From the sequence record MZ501268.1: a DNA stretch of 64,000 nt; one strand, written 5' to 3'. Position 1 is the stretch's first letter. The number at the start of each line of letters is the position of its first letter. Shown in pieces: positions 38,865-47,997 of the stretch. Both the position numbers and the translations under genes were made by a program. Below the pieces are notes generated by a model. The model was not told where the DNA came from. It saw only the letters and a program-made list of their open reading frames with translations, and did no database searches.

Positions 38865-39449
38865 ATGAACTACATCTACCGTGCAAATGGGCATTTGTTT
38901 GTGGTGTTGTATCGTGCAGAAGTCCTTGACGTTGATCCCAACGAGATGACTCACTGGGAACGCGTGTTACATTACTTTCCAATCACCGTAGATCTTGGGC
39001 CGGGGATTGGGCGTTTGATGGCATTCATGCCTCCACATATGCAGGAAGATGACTTCCAGGTATTTGAGGAGAGTGGGCGATTGAAAGATGGGATCTATTT
39101 CATCATGGATGGGAAGCTTCGCATGAGTATTGATGATTCAATACGGATCATCGAAACACTTCCTGACGTGTTTCATAATCTGGACGTTTCGACGTACAGA
39201 AGTGAAATGGATCGCTACACCCAACCGTTCGAATTTATTGAGTCCCTGAACCACCGTAAGATCCGATCGTATAAAGCGGCGGATGACCTCACCGAGAACT
39301 TCTTGCGGATGATGGACGGTTTTCAGGAAGCCGTGTTATGCCACTATGTAAATGAACGTACCAAAATGTGGTCTACCATGGAAATTCCATACTCACTCAT
39401 TCCTCGTCGCCGGCAGGCGGTGATGAACGACCCTATCGTGTTACATTAA
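38865..39449 (+). CDS. hypothetical protein
   Basis: 194 aa, GAGG RBS. Confidence 0.6.
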   Translation: MNYIYRANGHLFVVLYRAEVLDVDPNEMTHWERVLHYFPITVDLGPGIGRLMAFMPPHMQEDDFQVFEESGRLKDGIYFIMDGKLRMSIDDSIRIIETLPDVFHNLDVSTYRSEMDRYTQPFEFIESLNHRKIRSYKAADDLTENFLRMMDGFQEAVLCHYVNERTKMWSTMEIPYSLIPRRRQAVMNDPIVLH

Positions 39450-39459
39450 CGGAGTAGTC

Positions 39460-39927
39460 ATGTCCGAGAATAAAAAGATTATCCCTTTAGTACACTTCCA
39501 GATCGACGCCTTTCGTAATTTCTTAATTGCTAACGGTTTTACTCCGTATGCAGTTTTCGCATTACCGAAAGGCCTGGACCCTGTGCTGGATCAGTTTATC
39601 AACGATGGCCAGATCATCCTGAACGTAGGACTGACTGCCTGTGGTCATTATGAGATCACAGATGACGGTTATATGGTGATGGAGCAGCGCTTCAATGGCA
39701 AACCGCATCGCTCGTTTGTTCCGGTCAAATACCTGCTCGCGATGTACGCCCGTGAAGATGTCAAGCACGCCATGATGTTCCCGGATCTGGCAGAACTCGA
39801 TGTCAGTGGTGAAACTGAAATGCTGCCTGACGATCAGGTGGTGATGCAGGCTGATGTAGAAGCTGAAGCTGCACCTAGCAATGTCACGCCTTTACGCAGA
39901 GGCCCAAGCCTGTCTATCGTCAAGTAA
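39460..39927 (+). CDS. sspB: SspB-like ClpXP adaptor (stringent starvation protein B)
   Basis: TPY..F, DGQIILNV, RFNGKPH..FVP..LLAMYARE...MMFP, acidic linker and C-terminal RRGPSLSIVK resembling the ClpX-binding tail. Confidence 0.88.
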   Translation: MSENKKIIPLVHFQIDAFRNFLIANGFTPYAVFALPKGLDPVLDQFINDGQIILNVGLTACGHYEITDDGYMVMEQRFNGKPHRSFVPVKYLLAMYAREDVKHAMMFPDLAELDVSGETEMLPDDQVVMQADVEAEAAPSNVTPLRRGPSLSIVK

Positions 39928-39989
39928 ATTCTATGGCAGTAATTGCAGGTGGTGAGTTCATCCTTGTTAGGGATTGAAGTTCAGCAGTC

Positions 39990-40033
39990 GGGTGGTATTT
40001 GCCACCCTTCTATACACAGCTTCCTTTTTTTTT
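39990..40033 (+). terminator. terminator hairpin(s) with T-run
   Basis: GGGTGG-TATTTG-CCACCC and a downstream run of T. Confidence 0.5.
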
Positions 40034-40109
40034 ACTAAAAATAGTCAAGCCTACATTATCTTTAGGCAATAGCTAGTCTGTTGTAATACGCACCACTGAG
40101 GCTAGGTTT

Positions 40110-40403
40110 ATGATGCTGCATGTTTATCTTGATCATATTGTGGCAACACTTGTCACATTTACTTTGTTGCTTATACTGGAGCGTATAATCCACAGAGACG
40201 AACCCGACCATACTGTCATTGAGCTGTTCATCACAGCGATTGGCGTATCCATCACCATCCCATTAACCTTTATCATGATAATTATGACTTACGTGACGCT
40301 GTTAATACGTAAGCAACCCAATGCCCTAACCAGGGCAAGTTACTGGCCTGTCGAGTTACTCCGACTAATTACCCGTCGGAATCACAAACAGCATTCGGTT
40401 TAA
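40110..40403 (+). CDS. small membrane protein
   Basis: Two hydrophobic helices; TACATTAT motif at 40052 upstream. Confidence 0.55.
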   Translation: MMLHVYLDHIVATLVTFTLLLILERIIHRDEPDHTVIELFITAIGVSITIPLTFIMIIMTYVTLLIRKQPNALTRASYWPVELLRLITRRNHKQHSV

Positions 40404-40412
40404 CATACCGCT

Positions 40413-40442
40413 GGGGTGAGTGAGAACTCGCCCTTTATGCCG
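40413..40442 (+). terminator. hairpin terminator with TTTATGCCG tail
   Basis: GGGTGAGT-GAGA-ACTCGCCC-TTTATGCCG. Confidence 0.8.
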
Positions 40443-40503
40443 ATCTGTTTGAGTAAACTATTTCACTCTATTATTTAGACCCCGTTAATTTAAGGAAACT
40501 GTG

Positions 40504-41061
40504 ATGTCCATCGTTGACAAATTTAAGAATTGGAAAGCAAGCAAACGTATTGAGTTGCTGGAAGAACTCACGGAAATTCATTACTCCATCGGTGATGTGG
40601 TGTGTTATCCGGATCCACCGCATTTCGAGGTTTGCTGGCACGATACGCCAGAAGAGATCCACCGTGCTCACTGGACTAATATCGCTGACTCGATGCAGAT
40701 GAGCTATGAAGATTTCTTCAAGGCCGCACGTGTCGGCCAGTTGCATGACAACACACCGGTTGAGATTACTGGTGAGCAAGAGATTGCTGACATGCGCACA
40801 CAGGGCTGTTATGCCTTCTGTAACTGGGTGACCTGGCAGCTGCATATCTGGGTCGGTGATTTGCCTCACGATGACCCGCGTACCGAAGAACTCCTGCACA
40901 CCATGATCGCCAGTGAGCTGGCACACCTCACGCCGAACCGACACCGTAATGAGCAACTGGAAATGTATCGCAGCATGCAGTATGCCGTGATCTCCCGTTC
41001 TGCCAAAACGGTACTGACTGATGCACTGGATCGCCTGAAGGAGAAACAGTTTGATGAATGA
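40504..41061 (+). CDS. hypothetical protein, zincin-like degenerate motif
   Basis: LHIWV...LLHTMIASELAHL (HExxH-like with S for the first H). Confidence 0.55.
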   Translation: MSIVDKFKNWKASKRIELLEELTEIHYSIGDVVCYPDPPHFEVCWHDTPEEIHRAHWTNIADSMQMSYEDFFKAARVGQLHDNTPVEITGEQEIADMRTQGCYAFCNWVTWQLHIWVGDLPHDDPRTEELLHTMIASELAHLTPNRHRNEQLEMYRSMQYAVISRSAKTVLTDALDRLKEKQFDE

Positions 41062-41251
41062 AGATCTGTATAATGTGCTGTGGGATGGCCTGGTTGATAA
41101 TGGCATCGACCCTAACGACGAGGTCATGGCGGTTTGGGAAACAAAGATCCCAAAGGACATTCGCGACATGGCACAGATGTGGGAGTGGGGCGACACCGAA
41201 GTGCGTGAACGCCTGTATGTCTTCATTAAACAGGAGCTGACTAAACCATGA
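41054..41251 (+). CDS. small acidic hypothetical protein
   Basis: AGGAG RBS, coupled to neighbours. Confidence 0.6.
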   Translation: MNEDLYNVLWDGLVDNGIDPNDEVMAVWETKIPKDIRDMAQMWEWGDTEVRERLYVFIKQELTKP

Positions 41252-41556
41252 AGCTTGAACTCAGGACAGTGCTGGTTGTACAGGGTGTGCGTAAATCCCC
41301 TATCACGGTATTCATCAATCAAAATGAAATCGATATTGATTATCGCGTCAGTATGGTTATTGACTGTTATAAACGCGCGCACAAAGTTGATACCGAAATC
41401 AACAAAGAGCAGAAGGTTGCTGCGCTGCATCTGTTAGAAGTAATGCGTACTGCGATTCATGGCGCTGCACACACAGTGCCGGTAACCACGATCGCGGCAG
41501 ATGATGTTGCGCTGGAATACCAAATCTATACCAGTCAGTTTAAAAATGAAGAATGA
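41248..41556 (+). CDS. hypothetical protein
   Basis: CAGGAG RBS, ATGA coupling. Confidence 0.6.
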   Translation: MKLELRTVLVVQGVRKSPITVFINQNEIDIDYRVSMVIDCYKRAHKVDTEINKEQKVAALHLLEVMRTAIHGAAHTVPVTTIAADDVALEYQIYTSQFKNEE

Positions 41557-41616
41557 TCGCGGACAATAAACTCGATACGCGACTATCAACAAAAACAAAA
41601 AGAAGGAAATGGGATT

Positions 41617-42318
41617 ATGGGTTGGATTAAAGATGCATTGTTTGGCAAAACTATCACCCGTCAATTAGCTGAAGATCTGCACACACATGCAGATGCCAAA
41701 AGCGATCTTGATAAACCGGCGTATGAACCGAGTTATCAGCGCGCCTTCTTTGCCAAGTTAGTCGCCGACTGGCAGAGTGTAAATGGCGAAACCAACCCGG
41801 TGGATGCTGAAGTTGAAGCGAAACTCGTGGTGATCGGTAAATCAGCCTATCTGTTACGCGGCGCTGTAGCCAACACACCCGATGAAGTGCTCTGGGCGTT
41901 CCTCAGGTCCACCTGGAGTGATTATGTTTATCTGGAATACTCACCAGCCGGTGACCAAGAAAGAACACTGACACGTGGCATTAAGGTGTGTCAAGCTCGT
42001 GACAGTCATGGCATGTATACCGATGATACAATGATCCTGGCACGATTCTTGCCGGTGACCAATGTCCATCAATATACCGCTTGTATCCCACGTGCGGGCG
42101 GATATAAAGAACAAGTATGTAGTGTAGAGCTGGATATAAAGGTAGGGCCGTTGCTAATGAGTCGTCTGGCTGATCTGTTTTCATTGGGTGAGGTCTTGTG
42201 TGTATCCGACCGGGATGTGGGCAACACCACCGCGCTGCTAGCCCTGGGGTATCAAGTTGTCAGTGGACCGCATGACACGATCAGTCAGGTATTCACTCGT
42301 CTGAGTAAAGTCGAATGA
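41617..42318 (+). CDS. hypothetical protein
   Basis: 233-aa ORF. Confidence 0.6.
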   Translation: MGWIKDALFGKTITRQLAEDLHTHADAKSDLDKPAYEPSYQRAFFAKLVADWQSVNGETNPVDAEVEAKLVVIGKSAYLLRGAVANTPDEVLWAFLRSTWSDYVYLEYSPAGDQERTLTRGIKVCQARDSHGMYTDDTMILARFLPVTNVHQYTACIPRAGGYKEQVCSVELDIKVGPLLMSRLADLFSLGEVLCVSDRDVGNTTALLALGYQVVSGPHDTISQVFTRLSKVE

Positions 42319-43427
42319 TCTACCTGGTCTGGATCTTGATCCCGTCCTTGCTACTCGTCCTTCTGTCAAAGGTGGTGTTCCCGCACCACATTACTTTCAT
42401 GGAATGGACGATGCAAGGCGGTGCCGTGGTCGTGGGGACAGTATTGTCTGTGGGGATACTGTATGCAACAACCGTTGGAATGAGTATTGATCACGAAGTG
42501 TGGAATGGGCGGGTGGCGTCAAAAGCACCGGTTAGGGTATCCTGCACCCATGAGCACAAATGTGGCGAGACGTGTTCCACTGACAGCAAGGGAAACAAAC
42601 ACTGCACGCCGGTGTACTGCCCTGACCACGCCTTTGATGTTGATTGGGATGTCAAGACAACGGTCGGTACATTTACCATTGATCGTGTTGCTTTTGACCG
42701 TCAGGGGTTACGGGAACCCAAACGCTTCTCATCCGTAATCATCGGTGAGCCGGCTGCTGACGAACGCACGACCAGAAACTATCTCTTACTCGACCCTGAG
42801 CGGTTTAAAGCGCCAGAGGGGACGGTAGAGCGTTATAAAGGTCGTATACCGGATTATCCCTCCACGTACGACTATTACCGATTCAATCGGGTGGTCAACA
42901 CCACCAAGGATGATTTCAATTACATCAACGACTACCTTAATAAGGAACTGATTACACTCGGCGCACAAAAACAACTCAACGTTGTAGTGGTGATCACCAA
43001 CTACAGCAAGGACTTCTATGATGCTCTCCGTGAGACCTGGGCCGGTGCTCGTAAGAACGATGTGATACTCGTCTACGGTATCGACAAGGAACATCATGTG
43101 AACTGGTTTAAAGCAGATGCGTTTGCTGATGGGCAGTCGAACATGTCGATGATCAAAACACTGAACTCGACAGCACTCGATCGTACGTTGGATGCGGATC
43201 TGGTACACGAACAACTTCACGTGATCCAGGAGCGTTTTAATAGGCTTCCGAATAAAACCTTTGAATACCTGAATGAAGACTTCACTCCTCCGATGTGGGT
43301 TGTGGTCATGACGGTATTATTTAACCTGTTATTAAACGTTGGGGTCGCTGCTTATTTTGTCGCAAATGACATGGGCGAATTCCAATTCATGAATCGACGT
43401 AAAGGAAATAGAAATGCAAGATGGTAA
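42315..43427 (+). CDS. membrane protein with TPM-like domain
   Basis: Two N-terminal TMs, Cys-rich loop, LGAQKQLNVVVVIT..ALRETWAGARKNDVILVYG resembling TPM domains, C-terminal TM. Confidence 0.6.
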   Translation: MIYLVWILIPSLLLVLLSKVVFPHHITFMEWTMQGGAVVVGTVLSVGILYATTVGMSIDHEVWNGRVASKAPVRVSCTHEHKCGETCSTDSKGNKHCTPVYCPDHAFDVDWDVKTTVGTFTIDRVAFDRQGLREPKRFSSVIIGEPAADERTTRNYLLLDPERFKAPEGTVERYKGRIPDYPSTYDYYRFNRVVNTTKDDFNYINDYLNKELITLGAQKQLNVVVVITNYSKDFYDALRETWAGARKNDVILVYGIDKEHHVNWFKADAFADGQSNMSMIKTLNSTALDRTLDADLVHEQLHVIQERFNRLPNKTFEYLNEDFTPPMWVVVMTVLFNLLLNVGVAAYFVANDMGEFQFMNRRKGNRNARW

Positions 43428-44010
43428 CAAGAAAGGTCTGTCTACTGGTGCTATTGTGGGTCTCGTCGCTGGCGGTTTCCTGGTGCTGGTCCTGGCCATA
43501 GCCGGTAGTCTGTTCCTGGGGTATATCTCTGCCTCTAATGGCGGGGTGCAAGCCGAGTCACGTATCGAGCAGTTGAACAAAGACTCCGAGAACGTGCTGT
43601 CGACCTCGACCATCAAGATCAAGAACATGGCCCAGATTCCTGGGATGTATGTTAACGATCTGAAAGAGATTATCCGCGGGACGTTTGAAGGGCGGTATGG
43701 TAAAGACGGGTCGAAAGCCGTGGTACAGTTCATTCAAGAACAAAACCATCAGGTGGATTCGAAACTGTACCTGAACATTCAAAACGAAATGGCGGCCGGG
43801 CAAGATGAGTTCCGTATTGCACAAAGCAATAAACTTACCGCTTGTCGTAACTATGAAAACAGCCTGGGTTATTTCTGGCAGGGGATGTTCTTGCGCTGGG
43901 CCGGATATCCGAAGAAAGACCTGACGAAACTTTGCCAGGTGGTATCTGATGACGCTACCCAGGAAGCGTTTAAAACTGGGAAGCAAAAGACCATTGAACT
44001 GGGTCGTTGA
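43414..44010 (+). CDS. LemA-like membrane-anchored helical protein
   Basis: N-terminal TM then helical body; ends CRNYENSLGYFWQGMFLRWAGYP, like the LemA YN..i..FP..i.A..fGf pattern. Confidence 0.55.
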   Translation: MQDGNKKGLSTGAIVGLVAGGFLVLVLAIAGSLFLGYISASNGGVQAESRIEQLNKDSENVLSTSTIKIKNMAQIPGMYVNDLKEIIRGTFEGRYGKDGSKAVVQFIQEQNHQVDSKLYLNIQNEMAAGQDEFRIAQSNKLTACRNYENSLGYFWQGMFLRWAGYPKKDLTKLCQVVSDDATQEAFKTGKQKTIELGR

Positions 44011-44051
44011 TTGATAGAGGACAGGGATGTCCTTTTAACAGGAGAGTCGTT

Positions 44052-44396
44052 ATGCCGTTTATTCGATTCAAAGCAAAAGAGATCAAACTCACACCAGACT
44101 CGGTAACAAGTCTGAAGCGGTTCTTCGGTTTGATTGATAAAAACATTGACGCTGCTAAGATTGTCCAGGCATTTCAAACGGCCGATACCCGCAACGAACC
44201 CCTGCTGGAAAACTCGTTGTTGATTATCACCCGGATGCCAGACGGAACAAAACGTCACTCCCATATCTGGAACTCGAAGTTCAAAGAAGAACTTGCTGCA
44301 TTTAAACCTGAACTGGTTGGTGAAGTCCGATCGTTCAGACTCGATCATCAGTTGTATATGGACGGCGATGAGGATAACCCCCTTAAGCGGTTCTAA
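44052..44396 (+). CDS. hypothetical protein
   Basis: ATG after CAGGAG. Confidence 0.6.
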   Translation: MPFIRFKAKEIKLTPDSVTSLKRFFGLIDKNIDAAKIVQAFQTADTRNEPLLENSLLIITRMPDGTKRHSHIWNSKFKEELAAFKPELVGEVRSFRLDHQLYMDGDEDNPLKRF

Positions 44397-44406
44397 GGAA
44401 TCTAAA

Positions 44407-44929
44407 ATGAAAGGTACGTTGGTTGAGCATCTTGCCAGTCGTGGCTATGATGTTGCGCGTTATAAAACGCAGTGGTTGACAGACACCCAGTTGACTGTCC
44501 CGTTATTCGACTTCGATCACAAACTCAAAGGGTATCAGGTTTATACACCGGATGCACCGAAGAAAACTGACAACCCGAAAGAAGCGAAGTACTTTACTCG
44601 CGGTCTCTCTCGTCAGTTGGTGTGGGGTCTGGAGTTGGAAATTAGTATTAACAACCAACAGATTACCAACCGTATTCTTAACTGAATCGGTCTTCAAGGC
44701 TTGTGCGCTACATCGCTTAGGATTGAACGCTTGGTCTGTTTTAGGTTCTACGGTATCTGACCCACTCTATCATCAGCTTCGTTTATTGCCTGTTGACTTG
44801 GTTTGTTGCGGGGATGACGATAAAGCAGGGAAGGAGTTCTCAGAAACCTTCGGTCGGTGATTCGTGTCACACGACCTCGATGAACTATCACCGAAAGAAT
44901 TACTGTGCTTAACTGCGCCGTTTTTATAA
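44407..44929 (+). pseudogene. small primase-like Toprim gene disrupted by a frameshift and an in-frame TGA
   Basis: Frame 1 HLASRG..GYQVYTP..KYFT..VWGLE; frame +1 PTVFLTESVFKACALHRLG..CGDDDKAG; after TGA 44858-44860 the frame continues FVSHDLDEL.. to TAA 44929. Confidence 0.7.
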
Positions 44930-44940
44930 AGGTAGACATC

Positions 44941-46179
44941 ATGTCAAACATTATTGAATTAGAAGGCAAGCAGGTCCCCATCAAGATGTGGACGAAGTTT
45001 GTTCCGGTAGAAGAACGTGCTCAACAACAATTACTAAACTTGAGTGAGTTACCTTTCATCTTCAAACACCTCGCAGTGATGCCTGATGTACATTGGGGGA
45101 TGGGCGCGACCATTGGTTCGGTTATTGCAACTAAAGGTGCGATTATTCCTGCCGCAGTGGGTGTTGATATTGGCTGTGGGATGATTGCCCAACAAACCTC
45201 TCTGGTTGCTGCTGACCTACCCGATAACCTCAGTGCTTTGCGCAGTCGTATTGAAGCAGGCATTCCGCATGGGCGTACTGATAACGGCGGTGTAAACGAT
45301 CGTGGCGCTTGGGGCGAAGAGTTTGCCATGAGCTTAGACGATGTGCATCGTGAAGCATTGCTGGTTCTTCAGCAACGTTTAGTGGCTATTGTGGCTAAGC
45401 ACCCGAAGCTCACCAAAGCAGCAAGTAAGTTCACCAAACATACTGGCACGCTGGGCAGCGGTAACCACTTCGTTGAAATCTGTTTAGACGAAGAGCAACG
45501 CGTTTGGGTAATGTTACATTCGGGTTCACGTGGTATCGGCAACACCATCGGTAAATACTTCATCGAGAAGGCCAAAGAAGAGATGAATCGTTTCTTCGTC
45601 CATTTAGTTGACCAAGATCTGGCGTATCTCCCTGAAGGCTCTCAGTATTACGATGACTACCTGCAAGCGGTGCAATGGGCACAAGACTTTGCAGCACTTA
45701 ATCGTGCGGTAATGTTGAGTGCAACACTGAAGGCACTGCACAGTACCGTTGCTAAGCCATTCACTGAAAGTACCATTGCGGTTAACTGTCACCACAACTA
45801 TGTCGCAATGGAAAACCATTTTGACACCAATGTCCTGGTTACTCGTAAAGGTGCAGTACGAGCGCGTGTAGGTGACCTGGCGATTATCCCAGGTAGCATG
45901 GGTGCGAAGTCTTTCATTGTAGAAGGCCTGGGTAACCAGGAAAGTTTCTGCTCATGTTCTCACGGTGCAGGTCGTCTGCTATCCCGTTCTGCCGCAGTGA
46001 AGCAATTCAGTCTGGAAGACCACATCCGTGATACCGAGGGTGTGGAATGTCGTAAAGACAAAGACGTCCTCGATGAAACACCGAAGGCGTATAAGTCGAT
46101 TGAAGACGTGATGCGCTCACAAGACGATTTGGTGAAAATCAAATATACTCTGAAACAGATTCTTTGTGTAAAAGGTTAA
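44941..46179 (+). CDS. rtcB: RtcB RNA ligase
   Basis: MPDVHWG, VGVDIGCG, GTLGSGNHFVE, HSGSRG, HHN, PGSMG, SHGAGR, DETP.AYK. Confidence 0.96.
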   Translation: MSNIIELEGKQVPIKMWTKFVPVEERAQQQLLNLSELPFIFKHLAVMPDVHWGMGATIGSVIATKGAIIPAAVGVDIGCGMIAQQTSLVAADLPDNLSALRSRIEAGIPHGRTDNGGVNDRGAWGEEFAMSLDDVHREALLVLQQRLVAIVAKHPKLTKAASKFTKHTGTLGSGNHFVEICLDEEQRVWVMLHSGSRGIGNTIGKYFIEKAKEEMNRFFVHLVDQDLAYLPEGSQYYDDYLQAVQWAQDFAALNRAVMLSATLKALHSTVAKPFTESTIAVNCHHNYVAMENHFDTNVLVTRKGAVRARVGDLAIIPGSMGAKSFIVEGLGNQESFCSCSHGAGRLLSRSAAVKQFSLEDHIRDTEGVECRKDKDVLDETPKAYKSIEDVMRSQDDLVKIKYTLKQILCVKG

Positions 46180-46181
46180 TT

Positions 46182-46514
46182 ATGAGCAAGAAAAAGCAAG
46201 TCACTGTTTTTGTGGCAGGCGATATCAATTCAGCAAAGACCACGGTCATCGCTATTATTGAGAAGGCATTGAAAGAGGCGGGTATAGATGCCAAGCTGCT
46301 TTCACATGCTGCAGCTGATGCCGAATATTTCGTTGGTGAGAAATTAACACCAGAGCATGTCTCCGCTATCAATGAGAAGGTTGAGGTCTCCATTGAAGAA
46401 CTCACCTATCCAGCGCCGTTGAAAGAAGATGGCTCTCAACCAACGGGATATGCTGCAATTCGACATAGTGCCGGCATCAAGATCATCCCCCGTGGTGTCT
46501 CACCCGCCGAGTAA
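46182..46514 (+). CDS. hypothetical protein with degenerate P-loop-like N-terminus
   Basis: VTVFVAGDINSAKTTVIAIIEKAL; paralog-like to the 36541 ORF. Confidence 0.6.
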   Translation: MSKKKQVTVFVAGDINSAKTTVIAIIEKALKEAGIDAKLLSHAAADAEYFVGEKLTPEHVSAINEKVEVSIEELTYPAPLKEDGSQPTGYAAIRHSAGIKIIPRGVSPAE

Positions 46515-46522
46515 ATCCTACT

Positions 46523-46548
46523 GGGAGGGTTAGCCCTCCTTTTATACC
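46523..46548 (+). terminator. terminator hairpin (variant tail TTTTATACCCG)
   Basis: GGAGGG-TTAG-CCCTCC-TTTTATAC. Confidence 0.7.
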
Positions 46549-46594
46549 CGCTAAATTCTATATACACCAAATTAACGTTTAGCTGGGAGACATC

Positions 46595-47533
46595 ATGCTC
46601 GAAGTACTCATGGTACGCAAACCTACTGCTACGGGTGGCGGGGGTCAACAAGAAGACAACAAGACTGATGTCAGTGGATTGATTGCTAAGTACGCAGGGA
46701 AAGGGTCAGTCAGTGCGGTCAACGTCGTGGTGGCTGCAAGCGGCGGTATTGCGATTTACAATAACCAGCTGATTATTATCAGTGCGGGCAGTATTTCGTA
46801 TTACGACATCAATACCTTCGCCTTAATAAAAACCACAACCAACAACCTGACTATCAATGTCAGTTATAATGCTGTGGCACATCAGTCAGGTAAGCATTGG
46901 TGGTCAGGACAGGATCGTACTACCGCTGCGATCTACCATGTCGATTTAGAGACAGGTGCCGTCACCTTATACCCAACCCCTCCAGTGAAGAAGGGGATGT
47001 TTTATGCGTATAAAGATAAGCTGTGGTTATTGGGTGGATGGGTCGGTACCACGAGTAACAACCGGACCATCTACAGCATCGATATTGCAAACCCAACTGC
47101 CTGGACGTCACGCACCTTATCTGCTGACTTACCAATGCAACTGCATGGCTCAGCTGCTTACTTTACCACCAAGGGGTTAGTAGCATTTGTCGGCGGTGGG
47201 TTATCAAACGCGGCTAGTACAACAGATGGTGCGGCTTACAGCACCATCATGACCATGAACCCCGATTCGTTTGCATTCGGTAGCATACCAGCAGCGAACA
47301 TGGGCGGGGGTTATCATAACCCGAACTTCATTGTTAAGGATACGGCGTACCAGTTCAAATACACCAACACCGGTTATCGCTGGCCACTAGGGGATACGGG
47401 TCCGACGGGGTCAATTACCCCAGCGCCAACAATCAGTGGTTTTCATAACCAGTTTGGTTTAGCTGGACGTGTTGCCTTCTATGGTAACAGCTACAGTACA
47501 GCCCCGGTCTATCTCTACGTATTACCTGAATAA
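46595..47533 (+). CDS. kelch-like beta-propeller protein, possible accessory virion/receptor-binding protein
   Basis: LWLLGGW, FVGGG, IY..D repeats; T/G/S/N-rich; MLEVL N-terminus followed by a Gly linker. Confidence 0.6.
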   Translation: MLEVLMVRKPTATGGGGQQEDNKTDVSGLIAKYAGKGSVSAVNVVVAASGGIAIYNNQLIIISAGSISYYDINTFALIKTTTNNLTINVSYNAVAHQSGKHWWSGQDRTTAAIYHVDLETGAVTLYPTPPVKKGMFYAYKDKLWLLGGWVGTTSNNRTIYSIDIANPTAWTSRTLSADLPMQLHGSAAYFTTKGLVAFVGGGLSNAASTTDGAAYSTIMTMNPDSFAFGSIPAANMGGGYHNPNFIVKDTAYQFKYTNTGYRWPLGDTGPTGSITPAPTISGFHNQFGLAGRVAFYGNSYSTAPVYLYVLPE

Positions 47534-47538
47534 TCCAT

Positions 47539-47566
47539 GAGGGGCTTCGGTCCCTCTTTTATGCCG
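47539..47566 (+). terminator. hairpin terminator with TTTTATGCCG tail
   Basis: GAGGGGC-TTCG-GTCCCTC-TTTTATGCCG. Confidence 0.8.
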
Positions 47567-47584
47567 TTCAAAAGGAAATTAATC

Positions 47585-47995
47585 ATGCGTACACTTATCA
47601 TCATCCTAACGGAACCTTCTGCGCAAGAATCGATCGCGGTCACGATCAAAGACCCGTATCACGAACTGACCTTTGAGACCATCAAAAATGGACTTGAGTC
47701 AGCAACCCATCGTGATGTATTTCGTGACAGACTCGGCCTATTGTGTAACAACTACACCCTGGAAACCCTCGTTGATGTCATTGATGAAGGGGATGTTCCG
47801 ACCATGCACTTTATCTACAGTGGTACGGAGTGGTCAGACTGGGTGAAAACACTGGCAAAAGCCTTTGTTTATGATGCGCCTCATTTTCGTCGCTACTGCT
47901 CAGTGAAAGCGGCAGCAGCTTTACTCACACACGTAAACCCAACGTTAAGTAACCTGCACGGTGATCTGTGCGGTATCGCTTACGTCGAGGAGTAA
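47585..47995 (+). CDS. hypothetical protein
   Basis: ATG after AAGGA. Confidence 0.6.
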   Translation: MRTLIIILTEPSAQESIAVTIKDPYHELTFETIKNGLESATHRDVFRDRLGLLCNNYTLETLVDVIDEGDVPTMHFIYSGTEWSDWVKTLAKAFVYDAPHFRRYCSVKAAAALLTHVNPTLSNLHGDLCGIAYVEE

Positions 47996-47997
47996 TC

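Noticed and set aside
39935-40004. tRNA-Asn-like look: ATCC-TTGTTAG-GGAT anticodon-type loop and a terminal GCCA
   Set aside because: No pairable D arm or T arm and a mismatched acceptor stem; better explained as terminator hairpins. tRNAscan-SE/ARAGORN would settle it.
44858-44860. In-frame TGA as evidence of genetic code reassignment
   Set aside because: TGA cleanly ends many genuine genes here (13077, 16006, 42318, 44010, 50984); standard code 11 fits the window.
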